Assembly (NCBI GenBank): GCA_963662275.1
Contig: OY759316.1
Location: 1,984,001 to 2,048,000 of the forward strand
DNA: 64,000 nucleotides
From: Candidatus Cloacimonadales bacterium
Lineage (GTDB): Bacteria > Cloacimonadota > Cloacimonadia > Cloacimonadales > DAONDQ01
Direction: 5' to 3'
The notes under the pieces are model-generated. The model was not told the origin of the DNA and made no database searches. It worked only from the letters and a program-made list of their open reading frames with translations. Of this stretch, positions 32,195 through 41,148 are shown one piece after another. Numbering within the stretch: position 1 is the stretch's first letter; each line of letters opens with the position of its first letter. Both the position numbers and the translations under genes were made by a program.

Positions 32195-32998
32195 TCATTT
32201 ATAAAAGTGATTTATTAATGTCAACAAAAAATAATATATGGGGACAGCCACTAATACGCTATCAAAACGATCCAGGATACCTCCATGTCCCGGAATCAGA
32301 TTTGAACTATCTTTAATTCCTACATCTCGTTTCAGCATGGATTCAAAGAGATCACCCAACTGACCGAAGATTCCTGCAGCTAATCCAGCGGATATGATTT
32401 GTTCTATAGTAAAAAAGCCAGGTTTAAAATAATGAAAAACTAAGAGGGCAACCAATGTAATGAGGAATCCTCCAAAGAATCCTTCCAATGATTTTTTAGG
32501 ACTGGCGGTAAAAATATTACGATGCTTTCCAAAACACATACCAACGAAATAGGCAAATGTATCTGTGATCCAGCAGGCTACAAGAATGAGTATCAAAAGT
32601 TTTGGACCGTGATCCAGCAAACTGATACGGTAAATTGCAGCCGGTAATAAGGCTGTATATAAAACAGCAAATGTACTGACTGAACCGCGGACAATACTGC
32701 CGTCCAGTCTATTGAAGAAGAGGTCTCTGAAGAAGATGAAGAGAAATAGCAAAATAAGCGCAAAATATAGCTCAATACCTTGCATAAGTGCTGCAATCAG
32801 AAGAAAGACAGCATTTAGAGGAATAAGTAGGCGAGAAAGTTTAATATTCTTCAGCAGCATCATGTTCCGCATTTCCCACATACCAAGAATTGATAGACAG
32901 GTTAAGAATACTAAGAGGGGTATTTCTCCAAAATAAAAGATCAGGAGTAAAACAGGGGCAAAAATAAGGGCAACTGCAGTTCTTTTCAATAATTCCAT
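32195..32998 (-). CDS. cdsA: Phosphatidate cytidylyltransferase
   Basis: SPKKSLEGFFGG, GDLFESMLKRDVGIKDSSNLIPGHGGILDRFDS. Confidence 0.96.
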   Translation of the reverse strand: MELLKRTAVALIFAPVLLLIFYFGEIPLLVFLTCLSILGMWEMRNMMLLKNIKLSRLLIPLNAVFLLIAALMQGIELYFALILLFLFIFFRDLFFNRLDGSIVRGSVSTFAVLYTALLPAAIYRISLLDHGPKLLILILVACWITDTFAYFVGMCFGKHRNIFTASPKKSLEGFFGGFLITLVALLVFHYFKPGFFTIEQIISAGLAAGIFGQLGDLFESMLKRDVGIKDSSNLIPGHGGILDRFDSVLVAVPIYYFLLTLINHFYK

Positions 32999-33732
32999 CA
33001 AAGTGCTCCATATCTGCGATTACGTTTCTGGAATTCCAGAAGAGCTTCTAAAAATTCAAGCTTCCCAAAATCAGGCCATAATGTTTCTGTTACATAAAAC
33101 TCGCTATAAGCTGTCTGCCAGATAAGAAAATTGGATAAGCGCTGCTCACCGCTTGTACGAATTACAAAATCCGGATCAGGTATTGTTGCTGTGTAGAGAT
33201 AGGAATTGATCGTCTTTTCGGTGATTGGACTTTCTATCTTTTTTCCTGAATGAACATCATCTAAAATCAAATTAACTACATCCAGGATTTCCTGTCTGCC
33301 ACCATAATTGAAAGCTACATTCAGATTTAATCCCGTATTGTTCCAGGTAGGTCTGCATGTGTCATCCAACTTTGCCCAGAAGTCACTGTCAAGTTGAGAT
33401 CGACAACCAATGAAGCGCACAATGACATTATTCTTATCCAAGTCATCTATTTCTCTAATTAAAGTATCACGCAGCAATTTTAACAGTCCATTTACCTCAT
33501 CTTTCGGACGATTCCAATTTTCTGTGGAAAATGCATATACGGTCATATATTCAAGACCAATTTCCACCGCCGCTTCCACAACCTTGCGCAATGTCCTGGC
33601 ACCTTTGTGATGCCCATACAGTCGGTTTCGACGATGTTTCTTTGCCCATCTTCCATTTCCATCCATAATAATAGCTACATGATGGGGGAGATGAGCTTTA
33701 TCGAGTTTTAGAATCAGATCCTTGTATTCCAA
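32998..33732 (-). CDS. uppS: Undecaprenyl diphosphate synthase
   Basis: PHHVAIIMDGNGRWA, YAFSTENWNRP, RTSGEQRLSNFLIWQ. Confidence 0.97.
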   Translation of the reverse strand: MEYKDLILKLDKAHLPHHVAIIMDGNGRWAKKHRRNRLYGHHKGARTLRKVVEAAVEIGLEYMTVYAFSTENWNRPKDEVNGLLKLLRDTLIREIDDLDKNNVIVRFIGCRSQLDSDFWAKLDDTCRPTWNNTGLNLNVAFNYGGRQEILDVVNLILDDVHSGKKIESPITEKTINSYLYTATIPDPDFVIRTSGEQRLSNFLIWQTAYSEFYVTETLWPDFGKLEFLEALLEFQKRNRRYGAL

Positions 33733-33741
33733 ATGTTACTC

Positions 33742-34858
33742 CTAAACTTTCACTTTCTCAGCAGCAGACCATTTTAAATAGGCGTTCATGAAGCCATCCA
33801 GCTCTCCGTCCATAACAGAGGAAGTATTTCCATTCTCGAAATTCGTACGATGATCTTTCACCATCTGGTAGGGTTGGAATACATAGGAACGAATCTGGTT
33901 TCCCCAGCCAATCTCAGTTTTAGTATTTTCTAATGCCTGGCGTTCTTTATCACGTTTTTCCTCGTAATATTGGAAGAGCTTAGATTTTAGAATTTGCATT
34001 GCCTTTTCTCTGTTTTGTACTTGAGATCGTTCGTTTTGACAGTTCGCTACCAGGTTAGTTGGGAGATGAGTGATTCGAACTGCTGAATCTGTTGTATTAA
34101 CGTGCTGACCACCTGCACCACTGGAGCGATAAGTATCTATTTTCAGATCTTTTGCATCAATATCGATATCGATATCATCGTCCATCTCAGGTATAACGAA
34201 TACCGAGGCAAAGGAAGTTTGACGTTTTCCCTGGGCATTAAAGGGAGAAATTCTGACCAGGCGATGGATTCCTATTTCTGATTTAAGAAGACCATAAGCA
34301 AAATCACCATTCACTTCAATGGTTGCGCTTTTAATTCCTGCTTCTTCACCGGCTAGGATATCCACGATGGTAAATTTGTATTTATTCTTTTCTGCCCATC
34401 TGTTATACATTCGAAGCAGCATCTCTGCCCAGTCCTGTGCTTCCGTTCCTCCGGCACCGCCATGAATAGTCAAAATGGCATTATTATGATCGAATTTTCC
34501 ATTCAGGAGAAATTCAACTTCTATCTTATCAACTGTCTGTCGTATTTCATTCAATTTATCTACAGCTTCAGCGAAAAGAGATTCATTGAAGTCTTCATCA
34601 AGGAGAAGGATATATGTTTCTATTTCTTCTTGAATATCTTGAAGAGCTTTTTCATTTTGCATTTCGATTTGTAATACAGCTAACTCTTTTGTTGTCTTTT
34701 TAGCTTGATTTTGGTCATTCCAAAAATCTGGTTTGTGCAGTTCCTTTTCTAAAATCAGGATTTTTTCCTTCACAGAGGAAATGTCAAAGTAACCTCCGTA
34801 TCGTAAATATCCTTTCAATAATTTGTTCCGTTTCACGTTTATAATCAAATAATTCCAT
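33742..34858 (-). CDS. prfB: Peptide chain release factor 2 with programmed +1 frameshift (CTT TGA C at 34789-34783)
   Basis: AGGAG RBS, ATG 34858 (MELFDYKRETEQIIERIFTIRRLL*); internal GGAGG SD before CTTTGAC; SPF and GGQ motifs. Confidence 0.97.
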
Positions 34859-34880
34859 CTTATCTCCTATGATTTGCTGA

Positions 34881-35100
34881 AGGTGTTAGGTGTTAGGTGT
34901 TAGGTGTTAGGTGTTAGGTGTTAGGTGTTAGGTGTTAGGTGTTAGTACACCTGTGCCCTGTACCCTGTACCCTGTACCCTGTACCCTGTACCCTGTACCC
35001 TGTACCCTGTACCCTGTACCCTGTACCCTGTACCCTGTACCCTGTACCCTGTACCCTGTACCCTGTACCCTGTACCCTGTACCCTGTACCCTGTACCCTG
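34881..35100. repeat. Bipartite heptamer array: (AGGTGTT)x9, then (CCCTGTA)x20
   Basis: Directly visible; fills the gap between the HD gene stop and the prfB RBS. Confidence 0.97.
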
Positions 35101-35104
35101 ATGT

Positions 35105-36253
35105 TCAGTGTTTCCAGGGAACAAGAAAATCTTTGATTTCTTCATTGTAATAGAAATCTGTCATTGTAGCGATAAAATCACGCACTTTCTCAGCATCAGA
35201 AAAAGAAGAAAGATATTGTTCATTCTTCTGATTCAGAAAATGCATATAGATCTTTGACTTCTGGTTTTTTGCCTCGATATCAGCCATGTATTTATCAAAA
35301 AGAAGACCCATTGTTCGGAAGATCACACCATTTGAATGCTTCACATTCGCATCAGTATAAATATGTTGATAATTGAATTTCTTAAGCTTGGCGAGATAAT
35401 AGGATGTCTGTTCATCAAAAGCAACTTGATCCTTCTCGAAACTATTCTGAATGACATTTTTTACTAACGCATCAATAATAAGACTATTCGTATTTCCTAG
35501 AAATGCTACGCAATCATCGGGTAATTCTTCTCGTTTCAGTATTTTCAAACGTATTGCATCTTCTATATCCTGTCCAATATATGCGATTGTATCAGTGATT
35601 CTAACAACGCAGCCTTCAAGTGTTGCCGGCATCCAATTTGTAGGAGTTCCATTTTTGATATTTTCTATATAGGTTTGAATATCCTCTTCTTTTTTTGCAC
35701 GATTAGGAACTAAAACCTGGTTATGAACTTCACCATCATGTGAAATAATACCATCTCGAACCTGGAAAGTCAGATTCAAACCTCTTCCTTTCCTGGAGAT
35801 ATGATCAACGATGTGCAAACTTTCAATATTATGATGAAATTCACCAATACTATAATTACGGCATACACTGCTTAAGGCTATTTCACCATCATGTCCGAAA
35901 GGAGCATGACCGAGATCATGTCCTAATGAAATTGCTTCGATCAATTCCAGGTTTAAACCCAGGAATTTTCCAATTGTCCTGGCAATCTGAGAAACGTAGG
36001 TTGTATGCAGATTACGGTTGGTCATTTCCTCATCGATCAGGTTACTAAAAGAAAAGACCTGTGTCTTTCCATGATACCGGCGATAAGCACCGCTGTAGAG
36101 AATTCTATCTCGATCAAGGGCAAAAGGTGCCCTGATATCATCATCGACTTCGACATTCAAACGCCAGGCTGAATCATCTTGGCAGGCGTATTTGGACATC
36201 GTGCTTTCATACATCGATTTTACTTTATTCTGTATTTCTGAAAAATCATACAT
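35105..36253 (-). CDS. dGTP triphosphohydrolase-like HD-domain protein
   Basis: DRDRILYS.AYRR..GKTQVF, R.LHT..VSQIAR, GHDLGHAPFGHDGE, V.DFIA.MTD. Confidence 0.88.
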   Translation of the reverse strand: MYDFSEIQNKVKSMYESTMSKYACQDDSAWRLNVEVDDDIRAPFALDRDRILYSGAYRRYHGKTQVFSFSNLIDEEMTNRNLHTTYVSQIARTIGKFLGLNLELIEAISLGHDLGHAPFGHDGEIALSSVCRNYSIGEFHHNIESLHIVDHISRKGRGLNLTFQVRDGIISHDGEVHNQVLVPNRAKKEEDIQTYIENIKNGTPTNWMPATLEGCVVRITDTIAYIGQDIEDAIRLKILKREELPDDCVAFLGNTNSLIIDALVKNVIQNSFEKDQVAFDEQTSYYLAKLKKFNYQHIYTDANVKHSNGVIFRTMGLLFDKYMADIEAKNQKSKIYMHFLNQKNEQYLSSFSDAEKVRDFIATMTDFYYNEEIKDFLVPWKH

Positions 36254-36255
36254 GT

Positions 36256-36894
36256 TTACCTCGCTTTCCTGTATTGAAAGAAGCATGGTTCAAAGCCTTC
36301 CCTACGCTTTTCCATTTCAAAATATGTTTCTATATGGTCTTCATCAGCTATCTTCGAAATGTGCCCAGGATAGTTGGGAACAAAATCATTTCGTTTTGAG
36401 AACTGAGAAATAATCCATTGCTGATACCCCTGGTGATCCGTAGATAATTCTACTACTCCATCTCTGGAAAGCATGTAAGAAAGGCAGTCAATTAAATCCT
36501 GCTGGATTAACCTATTCTTGATATGTTTTCTCTTAGGCCAGGGATCAGGATGTTGAATATAGATTCGTTCCACAGACTTCTCCCTGATCTTTTCCTTGAT
36601 GCACACATCGACAAACAATTCAATCAGTCTAACATTTGGATGTTTTTCAAAATCCAGTTTTCTCAGGATTGAGACGACTCTTTTATGTTTTAATTCAATA
36701 CCTACGAAGTTTATCCCTGGATTTCTATAAGCTGCTTGCGACAGAAATTCACCTTTACCAGAGCCAATTTCCATGTGAACTGGATGGTCATTACCAAATA
36801 TTTGCTGCCAGTCAAGCGGTTCGGTAACTACTGAAGAGAGCATAAAAAAGTCACATTTCTGCTGATAATCAACTGGGATCTTTCTCATCATCAT
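36256..36894 (-). CDS. trmB: tRNA (guanine-N7)-methyltransferase
   Basis: EIGSGKGEF, FVGIE, PDPWPKRKHIKNRL, STDH, T.FE. Confidence 0.93.
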   Translation of the reverse strand: MMMRKIPVDYQQKCDFFMLSSVVTEPLDWQQIFGNDHPVHMEIGSGKGEFLSQAAYRNPGINFVGIELKHKRVVSILRKLDFEKHPNVRLIELFVDVCIKEKIREKSVERIYIQHPDPWPKRKHIKNRLIQQDLIDCLSYMLSRDGVVELSTDHQGYQQWIISQFSKRNDFVPNYPGHISKIADEDHIETYFEMEKRREGFEPCFFQYRKAR

Positions 36895-37564
36895 CCTTGC
36901 TTATGATATTATTATCATGATTTTCATTTTTCACTTCTGCATCATCGTCATCATCATCAGCATCTTCATCGATAGGATCAACAGTTAATAGGTCAGGTTT
37001 CAAATGATAACGGCTGGCAATGGCATTAACTACTATATCCGTTAAGAGAAACCCAATACCAATTACGGCAAACAGCATGAATCCCATCCCAAAATCACTA
37101 TAGAACATATTTTTAGTGATATGATGATCTGTAAAAATGAGAAGCAGTGAAAACATGACGGTAAAAACAACTGCACCTGAAAGTGAGAAGGTCAGTGTAC
37201 GAATAGATCTGAAATCTTTATTTAGAAATATGTAACGGATACAAAGAGAAATTCCAGCAAGAAAGACAATTACAAGTAATAGATTCAATAAAAAGCTCAC
37301 ATCACTGAAGAGAAAGCTATGCCTGAGAGTGAACGTTTGAAAAATAGATACTATTAGGATATATCCCCATCCATAAAGCATCTTGAAGTTCTTTAAAATG
37401 AAAAGAAGTAATCCTAAAGATACGGTAAGTCCAATTAAAAATTTAGCATACGGGAAGAAATTTGCTGAACCGGATAAAATCATCATACCACCAAGTGTCG
37501 TTATCACAAGTGGTATCAGGATAAATAAAATCAGGCTGTATGCTATCAGTTGCTCTTGTTTCAT
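36869..37564 (-). CDS. Hypothetical multi-pass membrane protein with acidic tail
   Basis: About six hydrophobic segments; AGGAG RBS; overlaps trmB. Confidence 0.75.
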   Translation of the reverse strand: MKQEQLIAYSLILFILIPLVITTLGGMMILSGSANFFPYAKFLIGLTVSLGLLLFILKNFKMLYGWGYILIVSIFQTFTLRHSFLFSDVSFLLNLLLVIVFLAGISLCIRYIFLNKDFRSIRTLTFSLSGAVVFTVMFSLLLIFTDHHITKNMFYSDFGMGFMLFAVIGIGFLLTDIVVNAIASRYHLKPDLLTVDPIDEDADDDDDDAEVKNENHDNNIISKDDDEKDPS

Positions 37565-37685
37565 GTCTTAACTCCTTGTATTAGGAATATTCAAATTAAC
37601 CCAAAGAACACAATCGTAAATATTTATTTTCAGGCAAGGAGTTTTTATTTTGGACTACAATTTGGTATTACTGAGAGCGAATTCT

Positions 37686-37842
37686 AACCACGAAACACTT
37701 GAAATACACGAAAGAAGATTTTATTAAGGCTTTGCAACAAATTAACATTATATATAATTTCGTATCACTGAGTGATGCCATTTTCAGTTTCAAAGAATAT
37801 AATATCTGCTCTGCTTTCGTGTATTTCGTGTGTTTCGTGGTT
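37686..37842. repeat. 157-bp MITE-like unit with 29-bp terminal inverted repeats built of 9-bp ACACGAAAT-like subunits
   Basis: AACCACGAAACACTTGAAATACACGAAAG vs reverse complement of CTTTCGTGTATTTCGTGTGTTTCGTGGTT (27/29 match). Confidence 0.8.
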
Positions 37843-37856
37843 GATAAATCTGTTTT

Positions 37857-39725
37857 CTATATTTCTTTCAGATTCTCATCAATTCCTTTTCTGATTTCAT
37901 ACCAGTAATCCAGGGCTGCTTCCTTTTTATTTTCAGCAAAACGCTGCAGCCAATAGTCAAGACTTTCGTCTTTTACTCCCAATACCTCTTTCTGGCGTTT
38001 GAGATACTCGAGAACAAAATCCATATTTCTTTCTGCTACCCAAAAGACCGAAGTGTTACGGCAATTGATCCTGCGTGATGTAATGTGACTATTGAGTACA
38101 ATGTCATATTCCTTCCCATAAACAGATTCGATAATCTCAGGTAACATTTCTTCAGCCCAAGCCCGATGAAAACGGCAAACACCAAGATTATCCAGCATGA
38201 GTTCTGTCTTCATGCGATCAACATTCATTTTACCTAAAAGTCTTGGTGGAAAATACTGAGGTGCATAATGCATATAGTAACGCCCCATTGTCGGCATAGG
38301 GGAGAGGACGCCAGGTACCCAATATTGATTGGGAACCATCCACCCGCGACGGGCGAAGGAATTTATTATAAAGCTTTTCATTAATGGAAGTTTCTTTCTT
38401 CTTGCCAGGCGACGTGCAAAACTGCGTGCCCCTTCAATAACATCGATAGCTCTGTTTTCTCCCAGCATATTTTCCAGTATTCGACAACCGAGTTCAGCAT
38501 TATGAAGTGAATCTGTGACTGTATCAAAATTGCTTATATTCCAGTTTGGCTTGTTTTCCAGACCCAATTCATCCGGTGTTAAACTGCCTTCATCTAAACA
38601 CTCAAAGAGCCAACTGATCATGCCTCCAACAGAGATCGCATCGAAACCAAGAGTGTCAGCTTTATGGTTGAGGAGTTCTGCAGCCCTTTGGTCGAAAATC
38701 CCTGCCAAAGGTCCCATTGTTTGATACGGTTCATAATCCTTTTTATAGATTCCATTGCTTTTTTTACACACGGCGACGCATGGTTCTCCACAGGTTGCAA
38801 ATTGCTTTGTAGCTATGGTTTCTTCATTAAATTGCTTCAGGTAGTGATTCTTGATATGCTTTTCATGGAATGCTTTTCGTTCCTCTTCAGTCCAGTAGAT
38901 ACTTTTATAATTAAAAGCCAATAATGTTCCTGCATTAGTGGCATAGTTCACACCGAAAGTACCGCCTGTTTCGAAATCAGGATCAAAGCGATATTTCTTT
39001 GTTGCTTCGAAATCCTTCGCAAGCAGCTTTCTTTCATAACGTGCCTGGAACCATTCATCAGCGACTTTACAATCCCTAAAATCTTCATCGATATGCGTTC
39101 CACCGTAGATGATAGAACATATACCATGTTGCTGCAGGAGCTTTGAACCGAATCCGCCACGCCCTGCCCATGTATCGATGTAGGATTGTTTTCCATTCGT
39201 AATAGGTAATGAGACAATAGCTCCAATATCGGTATATTTAGCTGCAGGTCCAACTGCCAAGACACGAGGATCATGCTCATACTTCCCTTTATATCTTTCA
39301 AATGTATCATTTATTAAAGTGTAAACTCCATCTTTGTACCAAGAATCTTCAACATTAAAAGGTTGGATTTCCAATTCAATTTCTTCTCCACCTTGGCGAT
39401 TCAGTATCAGGATAGATGGAGTCGGTGCTTTGCCAATAATGGAGAGTATATTGATGCCAAGATTATCAAAGACTAATCCGGCTCCCCCCATAGATGAAAT
39501 ATAGAATCCACCCCAAGCTGGTGACATACCAGTAAAGATCAACCTATTAGAACCGGGGAAGATAGAACCGGCAAGTAATCCGGTTCCAATATTCAGGGAA
39601 TTATACTTTCCTGCCAGGTGAAGTCCCAAATCTACCGGTCCATAGAATGCTCCAAGAGGATAACGTTTCATTTTATAAAAACCTGTAGCTGCATCAACCA
39701 CCAAAACTTTAAGCGTATGATTCAT
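37857..39725 (-). CDS. Tungsten/molybdopterin aldehyde:ferredoxin oxidoreductase family protein, GAPOR-like
   Basis: PGSNRLIF...SP.WGG...SSMGGAG, TGGTFG.NY, TCGEPC.AVCKK, YEPY...GPL.G, GFDAI..GG, DNLG.CRFHR.W. Confidence 0.85.
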   Translation of the reverse strand: MNHTLKVLVVDAATGFYKMKRYPLGAFYGPVDLGLHLAGKYNSLNIGTGLLAGSIFPGSNRLIFTGMSPAWGGFYISSMGGAGLVFDNLGINILSIIGKAPTPSILILNRQGGEEIELEIQPFNVEDSWYKDGVYTLINDTFERYKGKYEHDPRVLAVGPAAKYTDIGAIVSLPITNGKQSYIDTWAGRGGFGSKLLQQHGICSIIYGGTHIDEDFRDCKVADEWFQARYERKLLAKDFEATKKYRFDPDFETGGTFGVNYATNAGTLLAFNYKSIYWTEEERKAFHEKHIKNHYLKQFNEETIATKQFATCGEPCVAVCKKSNGIYKKDYEPYQTMGPLAGIFDQRAAELLNHKADTLGFDAISVGGMISWLFECLDEGSLTPDELGLENKPNWNISNFDTVTDSLHNAELGCRILENMLGENRAIDVIEGARSFARRLARRKKLPLMKSFIINSFARRGWMVPNQYWVPGVLSPMPTMGRYYMHYAPQYFPPRLLGKMNVDRMKTELMLDNLGVCRFHRAWAEEMLPEIIESVYGKEYDIVLNSHITSRRINCRNTSVFWVAERNMDFVLEYLKRQKEVLGVKDESLDYWLQRFAENKKEAALDYWYEIRKGIDENLKEI

Positions 39726-39781
39726 ATAGATACCTCTAAGGAAATAATATGTGATTATCATTAATTGTCAAGAAATGGAAC

Positions 39782-39810
39782 GTAGAGACGCCCTACACGG
39801 GCGTCTCTAC
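39782..39810. repeat. GTAG-type REP palindrome, same family as 749-777
   Basis: GTAGAGACGCCC-tacac-GGGCGTCTCTAC. Confidence 0.8.
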
Positions 39811-39897
39811 AAAAATTGATTGACGCACTTCTCATATCCCGAATATCAACTTCAATCTAAGAAAGTAATATATAAATAGAAATATAGGAGCTAATGC

Positions 39898-40860
39898 ATG
39901 CTATCCTTTGTACGGAATTTACGAGAGAAATTAGCTAAAACGAAGAACAGTTTTGTTGGTAAAATTGCAGAAGCCATCAAGCTTCGTGGAAAAGTAGATG
40001 AAGAGTTGATGGAGGAGTTGGAAGAGATTCTGATTCGTTCAGATGTTGGTATCCAAATGAGTATGGATATTATAGAGAAACTGCGTGATGAAGTCAGGGT
40101 TCGTAAGATAACTGAAGTAGATATCGTCCAGGAAGCTCTGCAAAAGATCATGTCCGATATCATGATTCATGATTACGAAGAAAATGTACATGTCTTTGAT
40201 ATGGAAACTAAAAAACCTTTTATTATCCTATTTATCGGTGTGAATGGTGTGGGGAAGACCACTACCATTGGTAAATTAGCAAATCGCTTCCGTAAGGAAG
40301 GAAAGTCTGTCATGATTATTGCCGGTGATACATTCCGAGCTGCTGCCATTGAACAATTAGAGATTTGGGCACAAAGAGCAGGAGTTGTCATTATTAAAAG
40401 CCAATCAGGTGGCGATCCATCAGCGATTATTTATGATGGGATCAGTTCAGCGATCAGCAAGAAAATAGATGTCGTATTAATTGATACTGCCGGAAGACAG
40501 CATAATAAATTCAACCTCATGAATGAACTTGAAAAAATCTACAGAACCATTCAGAAATTGCTTCCGGAAGCTCCTCATGAAACTTTACTTGTTGTGGATG
40601 CTACTACCGGTCAGAATGCTATATCCCAGGCAACAACCTTTAATAAACTCATTCCCTTAACCGGATTAGTTCTCGCCAAATTGGATGGTACAGCGAAAGG
40701 CGGTATTGTTCTCAGTATTAAGCATGAGCTTTCTATACCTGTTAAATTGATTGGAATAGGCGAAAGTATTGATGATCTGCGGGATTTTGATGTTCGGGAA
40801 TTTGTTGATGCTATGTTCACAATGACAGGGGAAGAATCAGAGAATTCTTCTGAAGATTAA
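39898..40860 (+). CDS. ftsY: Signal recognition particle receptor FtsY
   Basis: GVNGVGKTTTIGKLA, DTFRAAAIEQL, DTAGR, KLDGTAKGG. Confidence 0.97.
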   Translation: MLSFVRNLREKLAKTKNSFVGKIAEAIKLRGKVDEELMEELEEILIRSDVGIQMSMDIIEKLRDEVRVRKITEVDIVQEALQKIMSDIMIHDYEENVHVFDMETKKPFIILFIGVNGVGKTTTIGKLANRFRKEGKSVMIIAGDTFRAAAIEQLEIWAQRAGVVIIKSQSGGDPSAIIYDGISSAISKKIDVVLIDTAGRQHNKFNLMNELEKIYRTIQKLLPEAPHETLLVVDATTGQNAISQATTFNKLIPLTGLVLAKLDGTAKGGIVLSIKHELSIPVKLIGIGESIDDLRDFDVREFVDAMFTMTGEESENSSED

Positions 40861-40869
40861 GGAGATTAC

Positions 40870-41148
40870 ATGAAAAAACTCAAATGGCTTCGTATCCTGA
40901 ATATTTTTGTTGTACTTGGTTTTCTGACAGCAGCTATAAGCATAATACTGGATATATATTTCCATGTGCAGCTTTTTAACGATGGTGAGATGCTTGTCAA
41001 AATTCATATGCTTGCCGGTAAGATATTAATTATCCTCATAGTTCTGCATTTGATCCTTAATTGGAATTGGATTCAAACGCAATATCTGAAGAAAAAGAAA
41101 CAAGCTCCATTGCCAAAATCAAAACCATCATCTAAAAAAACTAAGTAA
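40870..41148 (+). CDS. Small membrane protein (DUF4405-like)
   Basis: Two TM segments with IH..AG......LHLILNWNWI; GGAG RBS. Confidence 0.7.
   Translation: MKKLKWLRILNIFVVLGFLTAAISIILDIYFHVQLFNDGEMLVKIHMLAGKILIILIVLHLILNWNWIQTQYLKKKKQAPLPKSKPSSKKTK

Noticed and set aside
34783..34858. prfB as a frameshifted pseudogene
   Set aside because: It is the canonical programmed +1 frameshift (SD + CTT TGA C); the gene is functional and the feature is well known.
34932..35150. ORFs with PVPCTLY / VQGTGYR repeats
   Set aside because: These are translations of the heptamer array, open in several frames with no RBS.
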